Origin: a candidate division WOR-3 bacterium
GTDB taxonomy: Bacteria > Hydrothermota > Tepidihabitantia > Tepidihabitantales > Tepidihabitantaceae
Reading direction: 5' to 3'
NCBI GenBank assembly: GCA_037441285.1
Contig: JBBISL010000005.1
Span: 28,869 to 92,868 of the forward strand
DNA length: 64,000 nt
Both the position numbers and the translations under genes were made by a program. Numbering within the stretch: the stretch's first letter is position 1; each line of letters opens with the position of its first letter. The notes below the pieces were generated by a model, which worked only from the letters and a program-made list of their open reading frames with translations, had not been told where the DNA came from and ran no database searches. Below are positions 45,627-55,229 of this stretch, one piece after another.

Positions 45627-45994
45627 TTCATACAGAACCGGGCAGCGGGCACCGCCTCAAGCCGGGCAAGAGGTATTGGTTCGCCGCACAGTTCGCAGAT
45701 GCCGTAGGTGCCGGCAGCAATTTTGCTGAGGGCATCGTCAATGTCGCGCAGGGAGCGGGATTCAATCGAGCGTAACTGGGAGGCGAGTTCGCGCTGGAAG
45801 TTTTCGGTGCCCTGGTCGGCAATATGGGTGCGATGGCTGGAAAGGTCGCCGGTGTCGGCGGGAACATCCATTACCTGACGGGTGAAGTTACCCTGGCGCA
45901 GGATGCGTTGTTTTTCATTGAGGAGCGCCTGTTCCAGACGGCGCAGGTCTTTCGTTGAAATGGGGCGGACGGTTTTTTTCTTTGCTTTCGCCAT
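45596..45994 (-). CDS. DksA/TraR-family C4 zinc-finger protein
   Basis: C-terminal CELCGEPIPLARLEAVPAARFCMKC four-Cys finger, with coiled-coil N-terminal part. Confidence 0.75.
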   Translation of the reverse strand: MAKAKKKTVRPISTKDLRRLEQALLNEKQRILRQGNFTRQVMDVPADTGDLSSHRTHIADQGTENFQRELASQLRSIESRSLRDIDDALSKIAAGTYGICELCGEPIPLARLEAVPAARFCMKCAQKAKKEV

Positions 45995-48930
45995 TATGTT
46001 TTTACCCTCCTGATGGCGAGCCGTGCGGGCTCGCGGTTTACGGTAATTTCCGTTTCAATTTCCGCCTGGTCAAGGGGCACAAATTTCAGTTCTACCGCCA
46101 GGGTTTCCTGCTGGAGGTACTCTTTAAACTGCTGGACTGCTTGAGTAAGGCGGTCTGAACCCTGACAGGAAAGGGCGATGCGGTCGGCAACCTCAAATCC
46201 GGCGTTTTTGCGCAGGTTCTGAATCCGGCGGATGAGTTCACGCACCAAGCCTTCGGCTTCCAGTTCCGGGGTGAGCTGGATGTCAATCCCGATGGTAAAA
46301 TGGTCACTCTCTTCCATTGCCAATCCTTTGGGCAATGTTCCGGTGGTAAAGGTGATGTTGCGGATGTTCAGTTCGTCTTTGACAATCTCGATGTCGGGTT
46401 CAAGGCGGTGTTGGTCAACCGGTGGTTTTGGCATAACGAACATCCGGGATAGCGGCTGGCGCACTTTGATGCGCGACTTTTCCCGGGCGGCATGGCCCAG
46501 CGATACCAGTTCGCGGGCAAGTTGCATATCGGCTTCCAGTTCTGGGTCGATGAGCGTTTTGTCGGGTTCAGGGTAGAATGTAAGGTGGACGCTGTCGGGC
46601 GCCTGGGGGTCACAGGAGCGGACGAGGTTCTGGTAGATTTCTTCGGTAAGGAAGGGGATGAATGGCGCAAGGAGTTTGACGAGGGTTACGAGGCAGGTGT
46701 AGAGGGTGTGGTAGGCGGCGTTTTTGTCCTGGTCGGCAGCAGACTTCCAGAATCGGCGCCGGCTGCGGCGGACATACCAGGTGGACAAGTCGTCGATAAA
46801 CTGTTCCGCCGCCAGTGCCGCGGCGGCACAGTCGTAGTCTTCAAGCCGTTCGCGGGTGAACAAAACGAGGTTGTTGAGACGGGAGAGAATCCAGCGGTCA
46901 AGGCGGCTGAGGTGTTCTTTTTTCACATTCAGGGTTGTGGGGTTGACTTTGTCGATGAGGGCGTAGGTGACAAAGAAGCTGTAAACATTCCAGAGGGTGA
47001 GGAGTTTGCGCTTGACCTCTTCGCCGACCTTGAATCCGAAGAGGAGGTTCTGGGTCGGGTTGTGGCGGCAAAAGACCCAGCGCATCGTGTCGGCACCCAT
47101 TTTTGCCACCGCCTCTTCGACTTCAATGGCGTTGCCCCAGGATTTGTGCATCTCCCGGCCATCTTCAGCCTTCATCGTTGCATAACCGAGTACGGTGCGG
47201 AAGGGCGAGCATTTTTCGAGAACGGTGCTCATCGCGAGAATGGCGTAGAACCAGTTGCGGAATTGACCGGGGAAGGATTCGGTGATGAAGTCAAAGGGGA
47301 ACCATTCCTGCCAGTAGTTGCGGTTGGTAAGGTAATGGGTGGTAGAGAAGGGCACGATGCCGGCATCAAGCCAGGGGTTGCCAACATCTTTGATGCGGGA
47401 GACGAGGTTGCCGCATTTGGGGCAGCCGATTTTTACTTCATCAATCCAAGGGCGATGCGGTGTGTGGCCCGCAAACTTTTCCCAGCCGGTGTGCGCCCTT
47501 TCTCTTAACTCCTCGGGTGAACCGATGACATCAAACCAGCCGCAGGAGCATTTGTAGATGGGAAGGGCGAGTCCCCAGTAACGCTTTTTGGAGATGCACC
47601 AGTCACCCATGTTGCGCAGCCAGTCCAGTTCCCGTTCAAGACCAAATTCCGGAATCCAGCGCACCTGTCTTGCCGATGCCATAATCGCCTCCCGCAATGG
47701 GTCCATTGCGATGAACCACTCATCAACGAGGCGGAATACCAGTTCCTCACCACAGCGCCAGCAGACCGGATAGCGGTGGGTGTAATCTTCTACCCGATAG
47801 AGCAAACCTTTCTGTTTGAGGTTTTCAAAAATCTCGGGTGCAACCCGGGCGGCGTCTTTGCCCGTGAGCCAGTCAAAACCTTCTTTGAATGTGCCGTCTT
47901 CGTTCAGGGGGGCGATGACAGAGAGGTTTTCCTCTTTGCCAAGGAGGAAGTCCTCTTTGCCGCAGCCCGGGGCGATGTGCACGATGCCGGTACCTTCGGT
48001 GGCGCTGACCTCTTTCCAGAGCACGACGCGATGTTCAACCCCTTGCTGCGCCGGGAGTTCATCAAATGGACCCTGGTATTTCAAACTGGCAAGTCTGCTA
48101 CCCGGAAACTCTTCAATTACCTCTGCGCCGTTGCCGAGGACCCGGAGGAGTTCTTTAGCGAGGATCAACACCTCACCGTCCTTTTTTGCCCGGACATAAA
48201 TGAGGTCGGGATGAACCGCGGCAGCGGTGTTGGAAGAAAGTGTCCAGGGTGTGGTGGTCCAGACCAGGAGCGATTCGCTGGTACGGTTTAAGATGGGGAA
48301 GCGGACATAAACCGCCGGATGGGTTAATAGCCGGTAACCTTCAGTGGCGATTTCCATATCAGAAATGGCGGTGCCACAACGGGCACACCAGGGCATCACA
48401 TCGGTCCCTTCATAAATTAAGCCGAGTTCGTGGCACTTCTTAAGAAAATACCAGATAGAGTAGTTGTTTTCTTCCGACATCGTGTAGTAAGAGTTTTCCC
48501 AGTCCATCCACTGACCGATAAGGATTGACTGCTGGGTCTGAATGCGGGAGAACCTCATCACCCGTTCTTTGCACTTTTCCACAAACCGGGCGATGCCAAA
48601 CTTTTCGATGTCCTTTTTGGACTTGAAGCCCAGTTCTTTTTCCACCTCGACCTCAACCCAGAGCCCCTGGCAGTCAAAGCCGTTCTGGAACCGCTGGTCA
48701 AAGCCGAGCATCGCCTTATAGCGCTGGAACAGGTCTTTATAGGTTCTACCCCAGGCGTGGTGGACGCCCATCGGACCATTGGCGGTAATTGGTCCATCCA
48801 GAAAGCGGAATTTAGGGTTACCGCGGTTGCGTTCTTTCAGGCGGTGAAAATGGCGACCTTCTTCCCAGAAGCGGAGTATCCGCGTCTCAATTTCGCGATG
48901 GTCAAGTTGAGGGGGTACAGGATTAAACAT
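45994..48930 (-). CDS. ileS: Isoleucyl-tRNA synthetase
   Basis: Class I HIGH-region variant GPMGVHHAWGRTYKD. WCISKKRYWGLALPIY (IleRS W-ISRQR-WG-P box). KMSKS-like MHKSWGN. CP1 editing domain. C-terminal zinc cysteines. Confidence 0.9.
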   Translation of the reverse strand: MFNPVPPQLDHREIETRILRFWEEGRHFHRLKERNRGNPKFRFLDGPITANGPMGVHHAWGRTYKDLFQRYKAMLGFDQRFQNGFDCQGLWVEVEVEKELGFKSKKDIEKFGIARFVEKCKERVMRFSRIQTQQSILIGQWMDWENSYYTMSEENNYSIWYFLKKCHELGLIYEGTDVMPWCARCGTAISDMEIATEGYRLLTHPAVYVRFPILNRTSESLLVWTTTPWTLSSNTAAAVHPDLIYVRAKKDGEVLILAKELLRVLGNGAEVIEEFPGSRLASLKYQGPFDELPAQQGVEHRVVLWKEVSATEGTGIVHIAPGCGKEDFLLGKEENLSVIAPLNEDGTFKEGFDWLTGKDAARVAPEIFENLKQKGLLYRVEDYTHRYPVCWRCGEELVFRLVDEWFIAMDPLREAIMASARQVRWIPEFGLERELDWLRNMGDWCISKKRYWGLALPIYKCSCGWFDVIGSPEELRERAHTGWEKFAGHTPHRPWIDEVKIGCPKCGNLVSRIKDVGNPWLDAGIVPFSTTHYLTNRNYWQEWFPFDFITESFPGQFRNWFYAILAMSTVLEKCSPFRTVLGYATMKAEDGREMHKSWGNAIEVEEAVAKMGADTMRWVFCRHNPTQNLLFGFKVGEEVKRKLLTLWNVYSFFVTYALIDKVNPTTLNVKKEHLSRLDRWILSRLNNLVLFTRERLEDYDCAAAALAAEQFIDDLSTWYVRRSRRRFWKSAADQDKNAAYHTLYTCLVTLVKLLAPFIPFLTEEIYQNLVRSCDPQAPDSVHLTFYPEPDKTLIDPELEADMQLARELVSLGHAAREKSRIKVRQPLSRMFVMPKPPVDQHRLEPDIEIVKDELNIRNITFTTGTLPKGLAMEESDHFTIGIDIQLTPELEAEGLVRELIRRIQNLRKNAGFEVADRIALSCQGSDRLTQAVQQFKEYLQQETLAVELKFVPLDQAEIETEITVNREPARLAIRRVKT

Positions 48931-48936
48931 ATTGAT

Positions 48937-50415
48937 TTACTCTGCTCGACCGGTGTTTTTGATGTCACCACCAAACATGGGCCAGGAGGAGTCGGCCGGA
49001 CCACCGTAGCCAACAACACACCAGGCACGGGTGCCATCGCCGATGTAGATGTAGCCGGCATCGTCAATCTTCGGGGCGGAAATAAAATCGCCGGGTGTGC
49101 CAATGCCCAGTCCCGCAGCCCAGCGCCTTGAGCCGTCACTGTTGACCGCATAGAGTGAATCGCGGTCACCTTGCTGGTCAATCAGTCCAACACAAAGGAA
49201 GTAGACAACGCCAGTATTGCTAACCGCCGGAGTTGAGGCGTCACCAGTTAGCGGTGGAATGAACTGCCAGTTGATGTTGCCGTTCTGTGGGGAAACGGCG
49301 AGCAGTGTGCCACTCAGGGTGATGTAGATTGTGCCATCACCACCGATTACCGGAGCCGAAAGTTCGCCCACAAAGCGCACCGCCCAGTTTTCATTTCCAT
49401 CGGCAATGTTCACCGAGGCAAGCCAGCCATCCTCGTCGGTTACATAGAGAACAGAACTTCGGGTGTCGATTGCGGGCGGTGCCGCTATCGCCTGTCGCAT
49501 ACCGTAACGCCATTTTATCTGACCATCTGAAGGGCTAATGGCATAGAGGGTATCGTCCTGAGAAACAAACACCGTGCCGTCCGGACCGATTACCGGTGAA
49601 TGTTCTCCGCCACCGGCATAGAAAACCCATTTCCGGGCGCCATCGTTTGGGTCAATGGCAAAAACCGAGTCGTTTTCGGTCTGGATAAAGATTGTGCCAT
49701 CGGACCCAAGAGCGGGCAGGGCGGTTATGCCGGAGCGGAAGGTTACCTTCCATTTTTTCTGGCCGGAGGGAGTGACGGCGTAAAGGTTACCTTCTTCGGT
49801 GCCGAAGTAAATTGTGCCGTCCGGGCTGATTGTTGCACCGATGGAAAGTTCGTCTTCATCTTCCGGTATGAACTCCCAGCGCCGGTTGCCGTTGGCGTTA
49901 CGGCACATCAGTGCCGGAATGTCCGCGGCAGGAATGTAGACATTGCCTTCGGGTCCGATACTGAAGATGTGGTTGGAGAAGTCGGCAGAGTCTTCGGGTG
50001 CTTCCGGGTCAGTATAGGTAAATCGCCAGCGGACTTCGCCTTCACCCGGGCTGATTTCGATAATCAGCGGCTCAGACCAACCGGAAACCCGGCCTTTGGA
50101 GTTTTTTGCCCGGGCTTTAATTTCCATCGAGCCCGCGGTAGTATAGGTGTGGGTATCGGCATAGGCGATACCACCATCAACCCAGCCGGACCATTGAGAT
50201 TGCGAGCCATCGCCCCAATCGAACTGGTAGGCAACCTGACTACCTGATGGGTCGGTGGTGCGAGTGGAGCAGGTGAAGACAACATTTTTGTATCCGAGAA
50301 GCGGGCCACTGGGTTTTTCCGGAACAAGCGGTGGTTTCGGACAGCCCGAAAAGATGAGCGCCGCGAGGAACACAATCCCCGCGCCGAGCCATGTCGGCGT
50401 AATCTTAAACTTCAT
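48937..50415 (-). CDS. Lipoprotein with PKD-like domain and PQQ/BamB-like beta-propeller
   Basis: Lipobox IFSGC. AAGGAGG RBS. PKD-like FDWGDGSQS segment, then repeated GTIYFGT...LYAV / GTIFIQT...VFAI PQQ-type blades. Confidence 0.7.
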   Translation of the reverse strand: MKFKITPTWLGAGIVFLAALIFSGCPKPPLVPEKPSGPLLGYKNVVFTCSTRTTDPSGSQVAYQFDWGDGSQSQWSGWVDGGIAYADTHTYTTAGSMEIKARAKNSKGRVSGWSEPLIIEISPGEGEVRWRFTYTDPEAPEDSADFSNHIFSIGPEGNVYIPAADIPALMCRNANGNRRWEFIPEDEDELSIGATISPDGTIYFGTEEGNLYAVTPSGQKKWKVTFRSGITALPALGSDGTIFIQTENDSVFAIDPNDGARKWVFYAGGGEHSPVIGPDGTVFVSQDDTLYAISPSDGQIKWRYGMRQAIAAPPAIDTRSSVLYVTDEDGWLASVNIADGNENWAVRFVGELSAPVIGGDGTIYITLSGTLLAVSPQNGNINWQFIPPLTGDASTPAVSNTGVVYFLCVGLIDQQGDRDSLYAVNSDGSRRWAAGLGIGTPGDFISAPKIDDAGYIYIGDGTRAWCVVGYGGPADSSWPMFGGDIKNTGRAE

Positions 50416-50473
50416 ACATCCTCCTTGCGATTAAAAACATCAGACATATAGAATAACAGGAAAAAGACCCCTG

Positions 50474-51097
50474 TCAAGGGTTAGCGGCGGTAGATTGAAT
50501 AACGCGTCTATCCAAAAAGTCTAAGACGGTGGGTTCGATTTCATCCCAGATGTAGTCATGGTCTGGGATGTGCCACACCTCTTCGAGGCGGTGGTTTTTC
50601 CCTTTAACCCAGCCGATGAGAAGATTCCCGATGTCTTCAAGTAGGGAGGCAAGAACAGTTTCAACTTCACCGGTCGTGAGAGGGTCAGCGCCTTCGTTGT
50701 CGAGAATCAGGTTGTTTTCGCTGCGCAATAAACCATGCCAGAACGGTGGACCGAGTTCGATAGAGAAGGTCCGCGCCGCCAATTGGGGAGGGAGCAGCTC
50801 CATAACCTGATTTGAGAAAACCGCACCGTTTGAGATACTGATAAAGATAAATTTTAGTTGCCTATTTGCCTGAGCCAGAGATTCAATTTTGGATACGAAA
50901 TGACGCGCCTGACAGTGGTGGAGGTCTAACATCTCAGTTAATGTCTTCAACTGGGTAGAAAAGTTCGGGGTTGTGGCAGGGGGTTTGACTGGAGCCCGGT
51001 GATAAGGAATGACAGCCGAGGAAACCCCTTTGCGGACAAGGTAATCTTGAATGCCTTTTACAATCGGGAAAATGTCGGGCGATTTTTTTAGCGGCAC
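50474..51097 (-). CDS. Hypothetical protein
   Basis: ORF only. No motifs recognised. Confidence 0.25.
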   Translation of the reverse strand: MPLKKSPDIFPIVKGIQDYLVRKGVSSAVIPYHRAPVKPPATTPNFSTQLKTLTEMLDLHHCQARHFVSKIESLAQANRQLKFIFISISNGAVFSNQVMELLPPQLAARTFSIELGPPFWHGLLRSENNLILDNEGADPLTTGEVETVLASLLEDIGNLLIGWVKGKNHRLEEVWHIPDHDYIWDEIEPTVLDFLDRRVIQSTAANP

Positions 51098-51223
51098 ATT
51101 ACCCCAGCCGCCACGATGGGTGATGATGACAACATCAAAATGTTCTGGTTTCTCAGTAATGGTTGAAAAGGAGGATTGGGTGAGCAGTGGTAAAAGCAGA
51201 TGCAGGAGAAGGCTGGGCGTAGG

Positions 51224-51883
51224 CTATTTTTTGTTTGAGGTGCTGTCCTCGGGTACGGGTTCAGGTTTTGGAGCAAGGCTAAAAGTGTAACTGGACTTCC
51301 TGGCGTGTTTGGCTTTGAAAGATGGGCTTTTCGGGTTGCGGGCAAGGATAAGGCTGTAAGTCTGTCCCGGGGCCAATTCTGAAATCGCCGTACCTTTTAA
51401 CCCGGTCCATTTAAGCGGATAGGCGAACTCAATCACCATTTCGTCGGTCTCATCGTCGTAATCAATTTCCCAGTCTTCAAGGAGATTGGTATCGGTCACC
51501 GGTTTGTGGGACCAGCCGGCACCGATGTGGTTTTCGAGGTTTGTCGAGTCTTCGGTATAGTAGCCAATAAAGATGTTAGATTTGTCCATTTTGGGTGAGC
51601 CGAGACCCAGTGCAATCCAGCCGGTTCCTTTTGCCGAGAGCGCTACATAGAGCAGGCTATCGTCATAACCCCAGTAGATAGTAACACCAGTAACCGGGTC
51701 ATAAAAAGAACCGGGATACTCCTGGCCCTCAATATCAACGAATCCATCAGCACTAACCCTATCTTCTAGTTCCGGGTCATAAGGCACAACCGGTGTTTCG
51801 GGTTTGCCTTTTTCCTGAGCGAGGGCAAACGAAAAGGTGATTGTTGTCAAAAAAAGCACGGTCAATGCGATTTTTTTGCTCAT
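51224..51883 (-). CDS. Secreted hypothetical protein (DOMON/CBM9-like beta-sandwich suspected)
   Basis: Signal peptide MSKKIALTVLFLTTITFSFALAQ. Conserved Trp/Gly/aromatic spacing is compatible with DOMON-like heme/sugar-binding folds. Weak. Confidence 0.35.
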   Translation of the reverse strand: MSKKIALTVLFLTTITFSFALAQEKGKPETPVVPYDPELEDRVSADGFVDIEGQEYPGSFYDPVTGVTIYWGYDDSLLYVALSAKGTGWIALGLGSPKMDKSNIFIGYYTEDSTNLENHIGAGWSHKPVTDTNLLEDWEIDYDDETDEMVIEFAYPLKWTGLKGTAISELAPGQTYSLILARNPKSPSFKAKHARKSSYTFSLAPKPEPVPEDSTSNKK

Positions 51884-52221
51884 TTTATGCTCCTTTTGTT
51901 TTTATTAAATTTTAGTAGTTAAAACCTTAAAGTCAAGCATTAAAAGATTAGCGGCGTCCTAACTTTACAACAGAATACCGGCGAATCGAGATTATTTGAC
52001 AGCCGTGTTTTTATGCTGTATTCGCCGTTTTTTTCGGCAGTAATTAATTCGGTGTCGCATGCGGTATAAAGATTTGTTAAATAACTTATTCTATTATAAT
52101 GCGTTATTTATTTTAATTTTGTGCGACACATTTGGAACATAAATTGCATATAAGTATTATAAGAATTGATTGTGGGAGAGGCTTTTGAGGGGGTAGAGAT
52201 GCGTCGTAGCTCTGCGCCTGG

Positions 52222-52251
52222 CCGCCCGCTTTATTCCGGGCGGTCTTTTTT
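52222..52251 (+). terminator. Intrinsic terminator-like hairpin + U-tract in AT-rich leader region
   Basis: CCGCCCG / CGGGCGG 7-bp stem with an 8-nt loop, followed by TCTTTTTT. It lies inside a 25-codon ORF (52199-52276) that has a GAGGGGG RBS. Confidence 0.35.
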
Positions 52252-52317
52252 AATAACTGTTGATGTCGCATAGGGCTTATGTTATAATCAATCAAAAGAA
52301 AACAAAAACTTATATTT

Positions 52318-52824
52318 ATGGATAAGAGAATTTTGCCGATTTGTTTACGGCGTAGTGTTCGGGACTATCTTGATGTACCGGTGCAAGAGGCGGATGTGAT
52401 TGCTCTGCTCGAGGCGGGAATGGCGGCACCTTCAGCCAGAAATCTTAAACCCTGGCATTTTATTGTGATAAAAGCACGGGAGATGTTGCGCCGGATAGCC
52501 GAAATTCACCCTGCAGCGCAGATGCTTAATCAGGCACCGCTGGCGATTGCGGTCTGTGGTGATAAGGAGGTTTCGCCCCATTTCTGGGTGCAGGACTGCT
52601 CAGCGGCGACCGAAAATATTCTGATAGCCGCTGCAATGCTTGGCTTGGGTGCGGTCTGGCTTGGTGTTCATCCAAGGGCGGAACGGGAAAGGTCGTTAAA
52701 AGAGCTGCTTAAGATTCCTGATAAATTTGGGCTGTTGTGTGTGATTTCGGTGGGGGTGCCGAAGGTCAAACCTGAGCCCCGGACCCAGTTTGACCCGAGT
52801 CGGATTCATCAGGAGCGGTGGTGA
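52318..52824 (+). CDS. Nitroreductase-family protein
   Basis: RRSVRDY...APSARNLKPWHFIVI... pattern of the NfsB/NfnB-like FMN nitroreductase fold. Confidence 0.8.
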   Translation: MDKRILPICLRRSVRDYLDVPVQEADVIALLEAGMAAPSARNLKPWHFIVIKAREMLRRIAEIHPAAQMLNQAPLAIAVCGDKEVSPHFWVQDCSAATENILIAAAMLGLGAVWLGVHPRAERERSLKELLKIPDKFGLLCVISVGVPKVKPEPRTQFDPSRIHQERW

Positions 52825-54844
52825 ATCGGGTGCCGAGGATTGCGGCACCAATCTGGGAGAGGTGAAAGTTAGCCCGCTCCAGGTCTGCTATTATATCCAG
52901 ATGAATGGTTGAGGTGTCCAGCGACTCTTTTAAGCCGCGGGATAAACGGGTGAGGTGGCGGTTGTGGAGCTCCCGTTTGCGCTCTACCCCCCAGCTGCGT
53001 TTTTGCACAAGTTGCTGGGCGAGATTTTTGTCCCAGGTGGTAAGGCAGGCAAGGGTAAGGGTAAAGTTTTCCTGAACCTCGTGGTGGAACTGTTTGATTT
53101 CCTCCAAACCATCTTCTGAGAAGGCAAGGTTTTCGTTCAGTTTTTTGCGGGTGTAGTTGACGAGATTTTTGGAGACGATGTCGGCGATGTGCTCGAGCTC
53201 ATCGGTAATGTAGAAAAGGGCAAGGGTCTTTTTGGATATTTCCGGACCGAGCGATTCTTGAGAGATGCGGGCGAGGTAGCCGGTGAGCGCTTCTTCAAGC
53301 CGGTCAACCTGGTCGTCCTGGGCAACAAGTTGTCGGCAGTCGGTTTTGTCACCACGAAGAAATACGGTAATCGACCGCTGGAACATCTGTTGCACAAGTT
53401 CTGCCATCCGGAGAAGTTCACGATTAACCTGCGCCAGCGCCAGTTCCGGTGCATCGAGCGATGCCTGGTTAATGTATCTGGTGGCCAGGTACTTCTGTTC
53501 TCGGTCCGGTACGATAAGGCAGAGCAGTTTCTGATAAGCGGTCAAAAAGGGGAGAAAGAGCAGGGCAGAGCCGATGTTTAATAGGGTGTGGGCGTTGGCA
53601 ATCTGCCGGGCAACGGTGTTACCGGTGGCAGAGAAAAGATGGGTGAGCGGGTTGAGAAATGGCAGGCAGATGATAGCGACGGTAATTTTAAACAGAATCT
53701 GCGCGGCGGCGATACGCCGGGCTTCGGTGGTGGTGCGCCAGGATGCGACGATGGCGTTGAGGGCGCTGCCGATATTGGCGCCGATGATGAAAGGGATAGC
53801 GGCTTTAAGTTCGACCAGTCCGGCAAAGGAGAAGCCAACCACGATGCCAATCGTTGCCGCTGAGGAGCGAATGAGTGCGGTGAGCAGAAGGGCAAAGAGA
53901 AGGGCAAGAATGGGGTGGGAACTGGCGGCTTTGACCGTTTGCTGAATCGCCGGAACAAACGGCAGGGGTTCGGCAGCATTCAGCACAACCTTGAGGGAGT
54001 AAAACACCAGTCCGAAGCCAAATAGCGCCTGACCGATGTCTCGGACCCGGGGAATAGTGTTCATCAACACAAGACCGAGGAACACAACAATCAAAGAGTA
54101 TTCAAACAGCTGGAAGGAGAGGAGCTGGACGGTTATTGTGGTGCCGATGTCGGCACCGAGGATGACGCCGAGCGATTGGCTCAGGGTAAGCAGTCCGCTG
54201 GAAGCGAGCGAGATGAGCAGACTGATGACCGCGGTTGACGATTGAAAGATGACCGTTACGACAATGCCAACGAGCAGACTAAAGAACCGGTTTCGGGTCA
54301 GGGTGAAGAGCGCTTCACGCAAGCGGTTACCGGCAAGTCGGCGCAAACCCTTGGAGCCGTAGTACAGGCCAAACAGGAACAAAGCCAGACCGCCGACAAT
54401 TTCCACGATGGTGAGCCAAAGCCAGTGCCGTTTTAACCCGCGCAGGGAAAACATCAGTTCCTGACCATTGGCGACGGCGCGGATGCGGTAGTCACCGGCA
54501 CCGCTGCCCAGTTGCACGCGGGTCCGGGCAAAACCCAATCGGTCGGTGAAGACGAGGGTGTCGGTAATGCGTGCCGATTTGCCGGGATAAAACCGATTCT
54601 CATCCGGTTCGCTGAGGAGCGAGAATCGTACCGGCAGGCCGGCAATTGGTTTGCCGCCACTCAACACCTGCACCGTAAGCGGCTTTGGCAGTTCGGTTCC
54701 GGCTTCGGTTACCTGGTTGTTCCCGGAGATGTCTTCATCGCCCAGTCGGGCAAAGCGTAACTCCAGTTCGCGGCTGAAGCCCAACGAGGTGCCAAGGAGC
54801 GCCCCGATAATGAAAAAGATTTTAAGTTTGTGCCGCTGCCGCAT
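52766..54844 (-). CDS. Na+/phosphate cotransporter (NptA family) with PhoU-like C-terminal domains and an extra N-terminal periplasmic Ig-like domain
   Basis: Duplicated GANIGT-type Na/Pi cotransporter boxes (GADIGTTITV, GANIGSALNA). Two PhoU-like helical repeats at the C-terminus. The ~140-aa N-terminal extension has a signal peptide and beta-sandwich character. Confidence 0.8.
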   Translation of the reverse strand: MRQRHKLKIFFIIGALLGTSLGFSRELELRFARLGDEDISGNNQVTEAGTELPKPLTVQVLSGGKPIAGLPVRFSLLSEPDENRFYPGKSARITDTLVFTDRLGFARTRVQLGSGAGDYRIRAVANGQELMFSLRGLKRHWLWLTIVEIVGGLALFLFGLYYGSKGLRRLAGNRLREALFTLTRNRFFSLLVGIVVTVIFQSSTAVISLLISLASSGLLTLSQSLGVILGADIGTTITVQLLSFQLFEYSLIVVFLGLVLMNTIPRVRDIGQALFGFGLVFYSLKVVLNAAEPLPFVPAIQQTVKAASSHPILALLFALLLTALIRSSAATIGIVVGFSFAGLVELKAAIPFIIGANIGSALNAIVASWRTTTEARRIAAAQILFKITVAIICLPFLNPLTHLFSATGNTVARQIANAHTLLNIGSALLFLPFLTAYQKLLCLIVPDREQKYLATRYINQASLDAPELALAQVNRELLRMAELVQQMFQRSITVFLRGDKTDCRQLVAQDDQVDRLEEALTGYLARISQESLGPEISKKTLALFYITDELEHIADIVSKNLVNYTRKKLNENLAFSEDGLEEIKQFHHEVQENFTLTLACLTTWDKNLAQQLVQKRSWGVERKRELHNRHLTRLSRGLKESLDTSTIHLDIIADLERANFHLSQIGAAILGTRFTTAPDESDSGQTGSGAQV

Positions 54845-54852
54845 AGGAAAAC

Positions 54853-54888
54853 CTTAGAGGCAAAATTAGCATCTGTCAAGGATTGGTC
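54853..54888. repeat. 36-nt intergenic element (copy 1), contains TTGACA on the minus strand upstream of the Na/Pi gene
   Basis: AGAGGCAAAATTAGCATCTGTCAAGGATtGGTCGG matches 63089-63124 at 35/36. Confidence 0.6.
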
Positions 54889-55229
54889 GGGGAAGTTCTC
54901 TGTTAATCCACAGCGAAATGTCACAGAGGTTTTCTGATTCCGGGGTAGTTTTGGGATAGTAGATGGTTTCGTTCCTTGCCCAAGGCGGATAGTTCTAACA
55001 CCGATGATGGTGCGCATGTCAACTCCGATGACAATGTTGGGATTTATTGTATAATTATATAAGACAGGATATGAATGAGCATAGCGGTTTGGCCGTTATA
55101 TTAGTGCCGTACATCAGAGAATTGTTGCTCAGACAGACAGAAACTCCCGCTTTAGACAATTTATCCGGATTGAAAAATCGCAGGCGGTTTGTCTGCTTTA
55201 GCCTTTTTGCTCTTTGAAAATCAGGAGGG

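Noticed and set aside
55160-55229. Possible terminator downstream of the FG-GAP gene on the minus strand
   Set aside because: Only a 4-bp stem (GCAG/CTGC) before the T-run, which is not convincing.
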